Shown here one piece after another: positions 8,534-18,633 of a stretch of 45,673 bases of DNA. Made by a program: the position numbers and the translations under genes. The DNA comes from an uncultured Clostridia bacterium (GTDB lineage: Bacteria > Bacillota > Clostridia > Oscillospirales > Oscillospiraceae), in NCBI GenBank assembly GCA_947165825.1, contig CAMVBX010000001.1, forward strand, positions 1 to 45,673, given 5' to 3'. Below the pieces are notes generated by a model, which worked only from the letters and a program-made list of their open reading frames with translations, had not been told where the DNA came from and made no database searches. The stretch's first letter is position 1. Every line of letters starts with the position of its first letter.

Positions 8534-8536
8534 GGT

Positions 8537-9835
8537 TCAGCCCCCGGAAATGAGCACGTCCCGGAATATCACCCAGGGCAGGACGTAGCCGCCGGAGCAG
8601 ACCAGCTCCGCGGAGATGCCGCCGACGTTCTTCAGCATGTCCGCCAGGTTGCCGGAGATCATGGTCTCGTTGACGGCCTTGCCCAGCTTGCCGCCGGTGA
8701 TCCGGAAGCTGTTTTTGGCCACGCCGGAGAAGTCTCCGTTGGGGGAGGGTTCCCCGCCGGAAAAGCGGCCCACCAGAAGGCCGTTCCGGATGCTCCCGAT
8801 GAGCTCCTCCAGGGTCTTGTCCCCCGGTGCCATAACGGGGCAGAAATCCTCGTTCAGCGCCCGGGGCAGGCCGGTGCGGTTCGCCCCGTAGAGGGAAAGA
8901 CAGAAGCTCTCCAGCCGACCGTCCTTCAGCCAGTCGTAATCCCGGGAGAGGAAGCCCTCCCCGGTGTACTTGTCCCCGCCGCAGATGCGTCCGTCCAGGG
9001 GGGCGGCGCGTACGGAGAGGGACGGGGAGGCCACGGCCTCTCCCAGCCTGTCCTTCCAGGGGCTGGTGCCGTTGATCAGAGCCTGGTCGCTGCAGAACAG
9101 GTCTGCAGCCACCTCCAGGAATTCCATCAGCAGGTCCGGATGCACCAGGATATCCCCCATACAGGTCCCCTGGGTGGTCTCCGCGTCCAGGCTCCGCTCC
9201 GCGCTCTGCAGGTCCTTCGCCAGGGTGCCCAGCTCCAGGAAGGGCTGATCCAGATCCGGCGCGGTGACGGTGCTGCCGAAAAAGCTGGTGGCCTGTTCTC
9301 CCGCATGGCCGGAGAACATGAGATCCACGCTGTAATGCCCGGAAATATCCGTGAACCGGGAGCCCGCGGTGTTCAGATATACCTCCCGGGTGAGACGGTG
9401 CTCCGTGATGAGCTCCTCCACGATGACGTGGGGGTAGGCTTTTGCGATGGAGTCCAGCAGCTCCTTTGACCGCTCAAAAAGCCGGTCCGGATCCGCCTTG
9501 AGCGTGCCGGAGGTGAAATCCCCGGTCTCCGGGGCGGGAGCCAGATCCCAGGCCGGGTCGGATTCCCCGGAGGCGGCCACGGCCATGCAGTCCTCCGCCG
9601 TCCGGCGGATGGCGTCCGCATCCAGGCGGTTCACCTTGGCGGTGCCCCGCCGTCCGTCCCGGATGGCGGTGAGGCTGAGCTCCCGGTCCAGCAGGCTGCG
9701 CATGAGGGTGAATTCCCCGCCCAGGGCGTTCAGCTCCAGGGTCTCGCTGTCCTGCACCCGTACGCTGGCCTTCTCCGCCCCCAGGGCGGTGAGGGCGTCC
9801 AGTGCGGCCTGTGCCGCGGCGAAAAGCTTATCCAT
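8537..9835 (-). CDS. pmbA: PmbA/TldE family metalloprotease subunit
   Basis: 432 aa of the PmbA_TldD family, lacking HExxxH. It lies directly downstream of TldD with a 3-nt gap and has a GGAGG RBS. Confidence 0.8.
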   Translation of the reverse strand: MDKLFAAAQAALDALTALGAEKASVRVQDSETLELNALGGEFTLMRSLLDRELSLTAIRDGRRGTAKVNRLDADAIRRTAEDCMAVAASGESDPAWDLAPAPETGDFTSGTLKADPDRLFERSKELLDSIAKAYPHVIVEELITEHRLTREVYLNTAGSRFTDISGHYSVDLMFSGHAGEQATSFFGSTVTAPDLDQPFLELGTLAKDLQSAERSLDAETTQGTCMGDILVHPDLLMEFLEVAADLFCSDQALINGTSPWKDRLGEAVASPSLSVRAAPLDGRICGGDKYTGEGFLSRDYDWLKDGRLESFCLSLYGANRTGLPRALNEDFCPVMAPGDKTLEELIGSIRNGLLVGRFSGGEPSPNGDFSGVAKNSFRITGGKLGKAVNETMISGNLADMLKNVGGISAELVCSGGYVLPWVIFRDVLISGG

Positions 9836-9838
9836 CCC

Positions 9839-11224
9839 TCATCGACCTCCTATCGTCAGCCGGCAGCGCAGGGCGGGTCCGCCCAGACCCACGGCCATGG
9901 GCTGCTTTTTGCCGCAGTAGCCGCTGCTTTCCCAGACCACCTTGTCCGAGACCATGTCCACGGTTTTCAGCATATCGAAGGCTACGCCGGAGATGGTGGT
10001 ATCCAGGATGGCTTGTCCCAGCTTGCCCTTCTTGATCTCATAACCCAGGGTGACGCCGAACATGAACTCCCCGGTGGTGTCCGCCTGACCGTTGTTGGTG
10101 TTCAGCAGATAGTATCCGTCCTCCACGGAGGCGATGATGTCCTCCAGCTTGTCCTTGCCGGGGTGCACCGCCGTGTTCCGCATGCGGATGAGGGGCTCGT
10201 CGGAGAAGGAATAGGCCCGGGCGTTGCCCAGGGGCAGAGCTCCGAAGCGCTGGGCGCTCTCCCGGTCGTGCATGAAGCCCACCAGGACCCCGTCCCGGAT
10301 CAGCGGGGCATCCTGGGCCTCTACCCCCTCGTCATCGCAGTATACCGGAAGAGGAGCGGTTTCCCCGAAGGCCTCGCGGGCGAAATCCGTCATATTCACC
10401 AGGGGGGAGGCCACGACCTTGCCCAGGTTGGGACCGCCCACGCTGCCGCCGATCACCAGGTCCGCCTCCACGGTATGGCCCACGGCTTCGTGGGCCAGCA
10501 TGCCGCTGAGTTCGCCCCCCAGGATGCAGGTGCATTTCCCCGCCTTGGCGTAGACCCCCTCCCGCTTTTCCATGAGCTGCAGGTGGAGCTTTTCCACCTG
10601 CCCCCGGAGCTCGGCGGGATCCCGGAACCAGTCGTCAAAGCCCCCGAAGCCGCCGAAGGCCTTGGAGAGCTCCACCGCGTCCCCGTTCTTCGTTTCGGCG
10701 TTGAGATCCACGTAGAGATAGCACCGGGGCACGGCGGTATGCGCCTCCGCCCCGTCGCCTGTGACCAGATGCTTTTCCGTGCTGTCGCAGGCGACCACCA
10801 GCCGACGGCTGGTGAGATGGGGGAGCCCGGCGATCCAGGCGTCCAGCTCCCGCAGGTAATCCAGGTAGACCTTCTGCTCCGCGTCGGTCCAGGAGGTACC
10901 CGGGGCGATCAGGGCGCGGGGAACGGCTTTCCGGGCTGCCTTGCCCTTGTTCAGGTGCCGGTCCAGCACGGCGGCGTTCTCCTCTGCGCTTTTCAGCACC
11001 CGGCGCAGGGCCTCCTCATTCACCTCCGGCATGGAGGCAAAGCCGTAGGAGCCGCCCCGGCAGACCCGGGCGGAAACACCGCTCACCTCGCTGCGGAGGT
11101 TCACCACCGGGGTACCGGACAGGAGGACGATCCGCCGGTCCCGGTTCAGCTGAGCCCGCAGCTCCCCCTGCTCCCCGGAGGGGATCAGGGACGAAAAGCC
11201 ACGGGGAATCTGCAAATCCACCAA
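9839..11224 (-). CDS. tldD: TldD family metalloprotease
   Basis: 461 aa with the HEAVGH zinc motif in the MLAHEAVGHTVEADL context. The start is TTG at 11224 or GTG at 11221, after an aaaggaaa RBS. Confidence 0.85.
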   Translation of the reverse strand: MVDLQIPRGFSSLIPSGEQGELRAQLNRDRRIVLLSGTPVVNLRSEVSGVSARVCRGGSYGFASMPEVNEEALRRVLKSAEENAAVLDRHLNKGKAARKAVPRALIAPGTSWTDAEQKVYLDYLRELDAWIAGLPHLTSRRLVVACDSTEKHLVTGDGAEAHTAVPRCYLYVDLNAETKNGDAVELSKAFGGFGGFDDWFRDPAELRGQVEKLHLQLMEKREGVYAKAGKCTCILGGELSGMLAHEAVGHTVEADLVIGGSVGGPNLGKVVASPLVNMTDFAREAFGETAPLPVYCDDEGVEAQDAPLIRDGVLVGFMHDRESAQRFGALPLGNARAYSFSDEPLIRMRNTAVHPGKDKLEDIIASVEDGYYLLNTNNGQADTTGEFMFGVTLGYEIKKGKLGQAILDTTISGVAFDMLKTVDMVSDKVVWESSGYCGKKQPMAVGLGGPALRCRLTIGGR

Positions 11225-11242
11225 TCTGATTTCCTTTCTGTT

Positions 11243-12031
11243 TTACTTGCCGCAGGCGAGCCCGACCCCCCGCATCAGATGGGGCTGGGTGAAATCCGGC
11301 ACGTGGCCGCCGGGGCCTTCCTCGTAGGTGTACTCCGGCCAGGCCAGCTTTTCCATCAGGGCCTTGAAATCCCGGTTCACGGGATAGAGGAAGTCCTCCG
11401 TGCCCACGGCCTGGTAGATCGTGGGCAGGGGCCTGCCGCTGTTTCGCAGCTGCTCCGCCGCGGCCCAGGGGTCATGGATGCTCCCTTCCACCTTGTCCAG
11501 GTCTCCGAAAACGCTCTCGAAGTAGCCCCGGCTGAAGCCGTCGGAGCCCGTATCCGCCCGGCGGCGGACGTCCCGGGTCACCAGGGCGTTGCTGATGCCC
11601 ACGATATGGCCGAAGGTTTCCGGATACCGGAGGCCGTTGAGAATGGCCCCATAGCCCCCCATGGAGACGCCGCCGATGAGGGTGTCCTCCCGCTTCCGGG
11701 AAAGGGGGAAGATATTCCGGGTGTACTCCACCAGCTCTTTGCCCACATATTCGCCCCAGCGGAAGCCGAACCAGGCCTCGTCGTCCGTATAGAAATGGTT
11801 CTCCCCGTCGGGCATGATGATGGCCAGGTTGTGCATGGCGGAAAGGCTGCCCAGGGCAGAGGCGGTGAGCCAGAAGCTGCTGCTCCCCGTGACCCCGTGG
11901 AGGAGGTAGAGCGCCTTGATGGGCTCCTCCCTGGGCATGGTGGGACCGAAGCGGTCCGTGGGCAGGATGACGTTGAAGGCAACCTGCCGGGTGAGACACT
12001 CGCTCATGAAGCTCGCTTGGATCAGCGCCAT
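11243..12031 (-). CDS. Alpha/beta hydrolase, putative esterase family (PF00756-like)
   Basis: Start trimmed to MALIQASF, which has a GGAGGGAG RBS. Contains the GxSxG motif GGVSMGGYGA. It is a paralog of the upstream gene. Confidence 0.8.
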   Translation of the reverse strand: MALIQASFMSECLTRQVAFNVILPTDRFGPTMPREEPIKALYLLHGVTGSSSFWLTASALGSLSAMHNLAIIMPDGENHFYTDDEAWFGFRWGEYVGKELVEYTRNIFPLSRKREDTLIGGVSMGGYGAILNGLRYPETFGHIVGISNALVTRDVRRRADTGSDGFSRGYFESVFGDLDKVEGSIHDPWAAAEQLRNSGRPLPTIYQAVGTEDFLYPVNRDFKALMEKLAWPEYTYEEGPGGHVPDFTQPHLMRGVGLACGK

Positions 12032-12033
12032 GA

Positions 12034-12876
12034 TTACTCCCTCCATTCCGGAGCCAGGTACTGCTCGTCCCGCAGCTCCACCCACATGGGATTCTTCCAC
12101 TGCCCCGCGGGCTGCTTCCAGCCGCAGAGCTCCAGGCCCCGGGGCAGCGCCCAGCGCCAGAAGGCCCATTCATGGCTCCCCGGCCCCTCCTCATAGGTGT
12201 GGGGGAAGCCGATGGCGTTCAGAAAATCGTGGTACTTCCGGTTGCTCACCGCCAGCTGGTCATTGTAGCCGCAGCTGATGTGCAGCTCGGGCAGGGGTCC
12301 GCCCTCCCCCAGCAGCTTCTTCGCCAGATACTCCGGGTTGCCGATGCTGGTCCCCCAGTCCGCCGGGTCCCCGTACATCCCCCGGAACCGGGCTTCGGTG
12401 GCCTTGTCCACGATGGTCTCCGGCCCCATGAAGCCCCCGCTGAGGGGCAGGCTGTACCCGAAGGTCTCCGGGTAGCGCAGGGCGGTGACCAGGGCGCCGT
12501 AGCCTCCCATGCTCAGCCCGGCCACAGCGGTATCCTCCCGCTTGTCCGACAGGGGGAAGCTCTTCCGGGTGAAGTCCACCAGCTCCCTGCCGATATACTC
12601 TCCGTATTTCGTGCCGCTGACGGCGTGATCCATATAGGCGCTGTTCTCCCCGGAGGGCATGACAACGGCGCAGTCATACTGCCGGCTCCAGCCCACCACG
12701 TCGGTGTTCAGCAGCCAGTCCGTATGATCCCCCCGGAAGCCGTTCAGCAGGTACAGGGTGCGGCATTTGTCCCCCGCCTTCCGGCCCATGCGGTCCGGCA
12801 GGATCACGTTCACCGGCACCGAATGCAAAAGGCTGGAGGAAAAGAAGCTCACTTGAAACCAGGCCAATCTGCTCAT
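12034..12876 (-). CDS. Alpha/beta hydrolase, putative esterase family (PF00756-like)
   Basis: 280 aa with the motifs AGLSMGGYGA and LYLLNGFRGDHTDW. It is a tandem paralog of 11243-12031. Confidence 0.8.
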   Translation of the reverse strand: MSRLAWFQVSFFSSSLLHSVPVNVILPDRMGRKAGDKCRTLYLLNGFRGDHTDWLLNTDVVGWSRQYDCAVVMPSGENSAYMDHAVSGTKYGEYIGRELVDFTRKSFPLSDKREDTAVAGLSMGGYGALVTALRYPETFGYSLPLSGGFMGPETIVDKATEARFRGMYGDPADWGTSIGNPEYLAKKLLGEGGPLPELHISCGYNDQLAVSNRKYHDFLNAIGFPHTYEEGPGSHEWAFWRWALPRGLELCGWKQPAGQWKNPMWVELRDEQYLAPEWRE

Positions 12877-13023
12877 CCTTTCTTCACGTATACTGAATAT
12901 CTGATTTTACCATATCCCTGCGGGATGAACAAGGGGAACTGCGATGTCCCCGTACAGACCGGGCACCGGGGTTGCAATCCGTTCCTTTCCCTGTTAGAAT
13001 TCCAGGGAAAGGAAGTGACCGCG

Positions 13024-13563
13024 ATGCCGGATATGGAAAAACTGGGCAAGCTGGCGGAGGAATTCGGCTTCACCGCCTGGGGCGAGATGAATATGAACAC
13101 CCTGGAGTTCAAGCAGGAGGTCCGGGATATGTGCAAGGCCAATACCTGCGGCCAGTGGGACCGGACCTGGGCCTGCCCCCCTGCCTGCGGCACCCTGGAG
13201 GAGATGCGGCAGCGGGTGGAGAAATACCGCTGCGGCTTCCTGGTGCAGACCGTGGGCCAGATGGAGGACAGCTTCGATATCGAAACCATGATGGAGACGG
13301 CGGTGAACCATAAGAAAAACTTCGATGCCCTCTGGGATGAGCTGAAAAAGGAATATCCCGGCCTGATGGCCATGGGCACGGGAGGCTGCAATCGCTGCGC
13401 GAAGTGCACTTATCCCGACGCGCCCTGCCGGTTCCCGGACAAGCTCTGCGCCTCCATGGAGGGCTGCGGTCTGGTGGTGAACGAGGTTTGCACCGCCAAC
13501 GGGCTGAAATACAACCACGGGAAGGATACCATCTGCTACACCGGCTGCTTCCTGCTGGAGTAA
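13024..13563 (+). CDS. DUF2284 family Cys-rich metal-binding protein
   Basis: Start trimmed to MPDMEKL after an aggaag RBS. Contains the Cys clusters CKANTCGQWDRTWACPPAC and CNRCAKCTYPDAPC. Confidence 0.7.
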   Translation: MPDMEKLGKLAEEFGFTAWGEMNMNTLEFKQEVRDMCKANTCGQWDRTWACPPACGTLEEMRQRVEKYRCGFLVQTVGQMEDSFDIETMMETAVNHKKNFDALWDELKKEYPGLMAMGTGGCNRCAKCTYPDAPCRFPDKLCASMEGCGLVVNEVCTANGLKYNHGKDTICYTGCFLLE

Positions 13564-13588
13564 GCGGCCGGAGATCCGGAACACATAC

Positions 13589-13644
13589 GGCACCCTGCGG
13601 AAAGACGCTTCGGCGCATCCGCGGGGTGCCGTTTTTTCTGTTTT
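13589..13644 (+). terminator. Rho-independent terminator between convergent genes
   Basis: Stem ggcaccctgcgg / ccgcggggtgcc with one mismatch, followed by gttttttctgtttt. Confidence 0.6.
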
Positions 13645-13681
13645 GCCGGGGGAGCGGCTGCCGCGACGGAAAGCCCGCCGC

Positions 13682-14377
13682 TCAGGCCTTTGTCCCGGCT
13701 GAGGGGTATTCCGTACAGAGCAGCCGGTAAGGCGCTTCGTCCTCCTCGACGGCGGGGAAGCGGCCCACCGGCGGTTCAAAGCGGTTGTCCGAACGGTCGT
13801 CGTTCACCTGGCTCACTTCGCCCAGCAGGACGTTCCCGGAGCCGGGAAGAATGGAGAAATCGTGGTAGAGCCGGGGGTAGATATGGATGCTCTCCCCGGG
13901 CTTCAGGGCCACCTGGGTCCCGGCGGAAACGGTGTACCGCCGCCCGTCGGAGATCACCTCCACGGGGGAGGTCCGATCGATCCCCTCGTCCGGGAGGGAA
14001 CGCCAGACCCGGATCAGCACCGTGCCTCCGCCCCGGTTGATGATATCCTCGCTTTTGAACCAGTGAAAGTGGTTGGGGGCATACTGCCCCTCCCGCAGAT
14101 ACAGGAGCTTTTCCGCATAGACCTGGGGGTATTTCTCCGGCATGGCCCGGCAGCCGTTGCGCAGGGTGATGAGGGAAAAACCGAATTTTCGGAAATCTCC
14201 CTGGCCGTAATCCGTGATGTCCCAGCCCAGACCGCAGTCCCGCACCTCATCGTACTCCGGTCCCAGGCTCCGCCAGTCCTCCGGCGTGAAGGCGCAGAAG
14301 GGGGGGAGGGGATACTGCAGCTTTTTGCAGAAATCCTCCATTTCCCGGAGGGCGGCGTTGATCTCGCTTCGTTTCAC
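13682..14377 (-). CDS. D-lyxose/D-mannose isomerase (cupin)
   Basis: GTG start (VKRSEINAAL) 5 nt after an AAGGAGGAG RBS. The motifs LPPF..F, GWDITDYG, FSLITLRNG, HFHWFKSEDIINRGGG and GEVSQVNDDRSDNRF match the YdaE/Z5688-type lyxose isomerases as I recall them. Confidence 0.8.
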   Translation of the reverse strand: MKRSEINAALREMEDFCKKLQYPLPPFCAFTPEDWRSLGPEYDEVRDCGLGWDITDYGQGDFRKFGFSLITLRNGCRAMPEKYPQVYAEKLLYLREGQYAPNHFHWFKSEDIINRGGGTVLIRVWRSLPDEGIDRTSPVEVISDGRRYTVSAGTQVALKPGESIHIYPRLYHDFSILPGSGNVLLGEVSQVNDDRSDNRFEPPVGRFPAVEEDEAPYRLLCTEYPSAGTKA

Positions 14378-17163
14378 AGGATCTCCTCCTTTACGTTGAA
14401 GCCCTTCAGCCAGAGGGAAGCCTTTTTCGCGCTGCAATCCAGCCGGATCCGGCGTTTCTCCCCCGGCAGCAGGGTCAGGAAATTCTCCTCGGAAAACACG
14501 GGCAGGATGGTCTTTCCCGTCTCCGGGTCCTTCAGCCGCAGCTCCGTCATCAGGGCGGGAGCCGCATCGGGGTTTTCGATCTCCGCCAGGAAGCCCGTTT
14601 CCGTGGGTTCCAGGCGGCCGGAAAGGCGTACCTTCGGCAGGCTGAGCAGCCCCCGGTAATCCGTGTGCGCCCAGCCGTTGACCCAGTAGCCGTTGATCAC
14701 CGGCGCCGCGCCCTCCTCCAGCACCGTCAGCCGCAGGAGCTGCACTTCATTCATCCAGCGGGGCGCCTCCATCACGTAATCCGCCCAGTCCGGCGGGACC
14801 TGCCGGGTCAGACTTTCCCGCCGCAGCAGAGTTCCCCGCAGATCGTAGAGCTCCATCACCAGGGTCAGGGTCCTGGCCTTGCCCGTGGCGTTCACCAGGA
14901 CGATCTCCTCCCGCAGCACGTCGTAGATGGCATTCACCCCGCGGCAGCCGTCCCGGCAGCCCTGGAAGCCGCCGTTTATGTCGTACCGGCTGTCATAGGT
15001 CTGCCATACGGTGCTGGGCCATGCGGGGTTGGACATCCACATGAGCAGGCCCTGGCTGTGTCCGGCGAACACCGCCTCGAACATGGCCTTGTGGTTGGAA
15101 TAGCACAGGAGCTGGCTCAGCCGGGTGAATTCCTCCAGACTGTCATACTCCCCGTAGCTCTCCCGCAGCTGCTTTTCGAATTCGTCGGAGCGCATGGCGC
15201 CGTCCCGGCAGAAGTCATGAAGGGCCCATACCTCGTCCATGGGCCAGCGGTGGTCCGGACCCAGCATGGCCTCCATGCTTTCCAGGGAGGGAATGTTCAT
15301 CATGCCCCGCTCGGAATGGAGGGTATGGTAGGTGTGGCCGAAGTAATATTCCGGACCGGCGCTGTGGTACGGACCGAAGCCGCTGACCAGGCCCAGGGCG
15401 GAGTGGGGTAGATAAGGACGGGTGCCGTCCCACTGCGCGCAGACGGCGCGGAGACCCCGGTCCAGGGCTTCCGGGGCGAAGCCCTCGTTCCGGGCGCAGT
15501 AGAGAGCGGCGGACGGATGCCGGCGCACCCGGCGCACCTTGTCCTCGGCATTCCGGAGGAACATGGCTTCGTCCGTCGGGTCCGGCCCGTCTACGGGATT
15601 TGCCAGCCAGAAATCGTCCCAGATGAGGATGCCGTGGCGGTCGCAGGCGTCGTAAAACTCCTCCCGGCCCACCATCCCCACCCAGTTGCGGATCATGGTG
15701 AAATTCATTTCCCGGTGAAAGCGGACCCGGGTCTCATAGTCCTCCGGGGTGCAGCGCAGCAGGGCGTCGTCCATGCCCCAGTTGCCGCCCCGGCAAAGGA
15801 TGCGCACCCCGTTGACGAAGAGCTTCATAGGCCAGTCCTCCGTCCAGCGGAGCTCCCGGACGCCGAAGGAAAAAGTCTGCGCATCGCTCTCCCCGCCGTC
15901 GGCATAGGCGGCGAGACGGCAGGTGTAGAGAAACGGTTCCCCGTAGGTATTGGGCCACCAGAGCCGGGGCGCGGTCAGGGTGAGGGCGGCCTCCGCCTCC
16001 CGGCTTTCCCCGGGCTGCAGGGTCACGGTCCCGCTCGCAAAGGGAAAATCTCCCGGCAGGATGCGCCCGGAAAACCGGGCCGTCACCGGCGCGTCCCCCG
16101 TGTTCCGCAGTACCGCCGCCACGGTGAGCTCCGCCTTGCCGTCCCCCAGGACCGTCTTCACCCAGGGATCCTCTGCCAGAAGTCTGCCCTTTGTGCGCGT
16201 CAGCTCCACGGGGCCGATGAGGCCGACGTTCCGCCCCCGTACGGTGGGCATCCAGTCCCAGCCGGCGGCCGCGTGGATGGTGGGATTGTCCGCCCCCAGC
16301 GGGCCTCCGTTGGGACCCGCCGCTGCCCGGGTGTGGACCTTGATGGGGCCGGGTGTGGCGTTGGTGAAGACGCGGATGGCCAGATGGTTGCCCCTGGGCT
16401 TCAGCGCCTCCGTGACGTCCCATTTCCCCCGCAGAAAGGCGCCCTCTATCTTCCCCGGCCGATTCCCGTTGAGCCAGACCTCCGCCTTCCAGTTCGCCTG
16501 CCGAAGGGTGAGCCATACCCGGCCTTCCCCCTCCGGAGCATCGAAGCTGCGGCGGTACCAGTAATCCGTCAGGAAAAACGCGTCGGAGATCTGGAACTGG
16601 CCGTCTGCGGGATCCATTTCCGGCACGGCCCCGGCCCGCTGCCAGCTCACCAGAGCCGTGCCCGGCACCTGAGCGGGCAGCCAGTCCGAGTCGTCCCATT
16701 CGCCGGAGAGGGCGGCGCCGTCGGCCTCCACCTCCGGGACCCGGGCAATCCGCCAGGGCGAAACGGGCATGGGCGGCTGCTCCCCCTCGCCGGGGACCTC
16801 CACCCGGCTTATACGGCACCGGCGGCCCGGGGCGAGAAGGAAGCGGAGCTTCAGATGACGCGCCTCCGCATGGTCCAGGGGGACTTCCTGAATCCCCGCG
16901 CAGCCGGAAAAGACCGCGGCCGTTTTCCAGCGCTCCCCATCCCGGGATACCAGGACCTCTGTCCGATCCGCCGGCTCCTCCCAGCGGATCCGCAGACAGA
17001 ACAGGGTGCAGAGCGCACCCAGATCGAAACGCAGCCACTCCTCCCCGGAATCGCCGCTGATCCAGCAGGATCCCGGATCCCCCCAGGTGACCAGATGGCC
17101 GCAGTGGTCAAAATCCGCCGCAGCGGAGTGGATTGCCGCCCGGCGATGGACAAGATCGCGCAT
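14374..17163 (-). CDS. Glycoside hydrolase family 2-like enzyme with N-terminal discoidin (F5/8 type C) domain
   Basis: Start trimmed to MRDLVHRR, which has a GGAGG RBS. The N-terminal part is discoidin-like. The GH2-like sugar-binding and TIM regions include NFTMIRNWVGMVGREEFYDACDRHGILIWDDFWLANP. A GTGA overlap joins it to the isomerase gene. Confidence 0.75.
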   Translation of the reverse strand: MRDLVHRRAAIHSAAADFDHCGHLVTWGDPGSCWISGDSGEEWLRFDLGALCTLFCLRIRWEEPADRTEVLVSRDGERWKTAAVFSGCAGIQEVPLDHAEARHLKLRFLLAPGRRCRISRVEVPGEGEQPPMPVSPWRIARVPEVEADGAALSGEWDDSDWLPAQVPGTALVSWQRAGAVPEMDPADGQFQISDAFFLTDYWYRRSFDAPEGEGRVWLTLRQANWKAEVWLNGNRPGKIEGAFLRGKWDVTEALKPRGNHLAIRVFTNATPGPIKVHTRAAAGPNGGPLGADNPTIHAAAGWDWMPTVRGRNVGLIGPVELTRTKGRLLAEDPWVKTVLGDGKAELTVAAVLRNTGDAPVTARFSGRILPGDFPFASGTVTLQPGESREAEAALTLTAPRLWWPNTYGEPFLYTCRLAAYADGGESDAQTFSFGVRELRWTEDWPMKLFVNGVRILCRGGNWGMDDALLRCTPEDYETRVRFHREMNFTMIRNWVGMVGREEFYDACDRHGILIWDDFWLANPVDGPDPTDEAMFLRNAEDKVRRVRRHPSAALYCARNEGFAPEALDRGLRAVCAQWDGTRPYLPHSALGLVSGFGPYHSAGPEYYFGHTYHTLHSERGMMNIPSLESMEAMLGPDHRWPMDEVWALHDFCRDGAMRSDEFEKQLRESYGEYDSLEEFTRLSQLLCYSNHKAMFEAVFAGHSQGLLMWMSNPAWPSTVWQTYDSRYDINGGFQGCRDGCRGVNAIYDVLREEIVLVNATGKARTLTLVMELYDLRGTLLRRESLTRQVPPDWADYVMEAPRWMNEVQLLRLTVLEEGAAPVINGYWVNGWAHTDYRGLLSLPKVRLSGRLEPTETGFLAEIENPDAAPALMTELRLKDPETGKTILPVFSEENFLTLLPGEKRRIRLDCSAKKASLWLKGFNVKEEIL

Positions 17164-17379
17164 ATGCCCACCTCCCGTTGAATCTGTTCGCATGCCGTAA
17201 GTATAGCACAGATGCGGAAAATCCGCATCCGGTTCTTTCCCGGCTGCGGGATGCGGAAAGGACTGCACCGGTATCCCCCGGACCTTGCGGCGAGCTGCAT
17301 TTTATGGTATCTTTGCAGACGGAAACCGGCTGCAGATCCGGGGAAGACCGGTACGGGAGAGGGGGGCTCGGCGTTGGCG

Positions 17380-18633
17380 ATGGATATCGGCGTTCTGGCT
17401 GCGCTGGCGCCGCTGCTGTTCCTGCTCCTGGGCCTGGGGTTCACGGTGGTGATCGACCCGTATATCCGGCGGGAGAACCGGCGGATCATGCTGGTCATCG
17501 TCCTGCTGTGCCTCACGCTGATCGCGCAGAATCTGGTGGAAAACAGCCTCGCCTCGGGACCCGCGCGGGTGACGGGAAGAACGCTGGTATCCGTTTACGG
17601 TTATATTGTGCGCCCGGTTTTCCTGATCCTGTTCCTGTATATCGTGCATCCGGAAGGGAAGCACTGGCTTTGGTGGGGGCTTGCGGCCGGGAATGCGGCT
17701 GTCTGCCTCACGGCGCTGTTTTCCGATATCTGCTTCATGATCGGCAGCGACAACCACTATCACCCCGGGCCTCTGGCGAACACGACCCTCTATATCAGCG
17801 CAGTTCTGTTGGCCAATCTTCTGGTTCAGACGCTGCGGAGCCGCCGGGAAGCCGGAAAGCAGGAAAAATGGATCCCGGTCTTCATCGCGGCCATGATCGT
17901 GCTCTCCGTCCTGATGGACAGCCGGGTACAGGCGGCGGCGGACCAGCCTGTCGCTTTCCTGACCATCGCCATCGTGGTGGGCAGCGTATTCTATTACCTC
18001 TGGCTCCATCTGCAGTTTGTCCGGGGGCATGAGCAGGACCTGAGGGCGGCTCAGCGCATCACGATCATGGCATCCCAGATCCGGCCGCATTTTCTCTACA
18101 ACACCATCGCCACGATCAGAGCCCTGTGCAGGCGCGATCCGGAAAAGGCGGAGAAGGTAGCGGAGGATTTCGGCCGGTACCTGCGGCAGAACATGGATTC
18201 TCTGGAGAGCGCAGGGCTGATCCCCTTTGAAAAAGAGCTGGAGCACACGCGCTGCTATGCCGATATTGAAATGGTGCGGTTCGAGAACATCCGCGTGGAG
18301 TACGATATCGGGGACCGGGTATTTACATTGCCCCCCCTGACAGTGCAGCCTATGGTGGAGAACGCGATTCGCCATGGCGTCCGGATCCGGAAGGAAGGCG
18401 TGGTCCGGGTGAGTTCCCGCTTCACGGACGGCTGCCATGAGATCCGGATACAGGATAACGGGATCGGATTTGACGTAAACGCCATAGAGGCAGCCGGGGG
18501 CCCCCATATCGGCATCCGCAACGTGCGGGAGCGGATCGAAACGCAGTGCGGCGGTTCGCTCCTCCTGGAAAGCCGGATGGGAGAAGGGACAACGGTCATC
18601 ATCCGGATCCCCGGGCGGAGGGAAAAAGCATGA
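17380..18633 (+). CDS. Sensor histidine kinase, LytS/YehU-type (His_kinase + HATPase_c) with polytopic N-terminal sensor
   Basis: About six N-terminal TM helices, the phospho-acceptor motif IRPHFLYNTIATI and the ATPase motif VQPMVENAIRHGV. The start is uncertain; the ATG at 17380 was chosen and its RBS is weak. Confidence 0.8.
   Translation: MDIGVLAALAPLLFLLLGLGFTVVIDPYIRRENRRIMLVIVLLCLTLIAQNLVENSLASGPARVTGRTLVSVYGYIVRPVFLILFLYIVHPEGKHWLWWGLAAGNAAVCLTALFSDICFMIGSDNHYHPGPLANTTLYISAVLLANLLVQTLRSRREAGKQEKWIPVFIAAMIVLSVLMDSRVQAAADQPVAFLTIAIVVGSVFYYLWLHLQFVRGHEQDLRAAQRITIMASQIRPHFLYNTIATIRALCRRDPEKAEKVAEDFGRYLRQNMDSLESAGLIPFEKELEHTRCYADIEMVRFENIRVEYDIGDRVFTLPPLTVQPMVENAIRHGVRIRKEGVVRVSSRFTDGCHEIRIQDNGIGFDVNAIEAAGGPHIGIRNVRERIETQCGGSLLLESRMGEGTTVIIRIPGRREKA

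Noticed and set aside
12172-13563. 463-aa plus-strand ORF spanning the esterase gene.
   Set aside because: Only the last 179 codons, from ATG 13024 with its RBS, resemble a real protein (DUF2284). The rest is antisense to the esterase gene.
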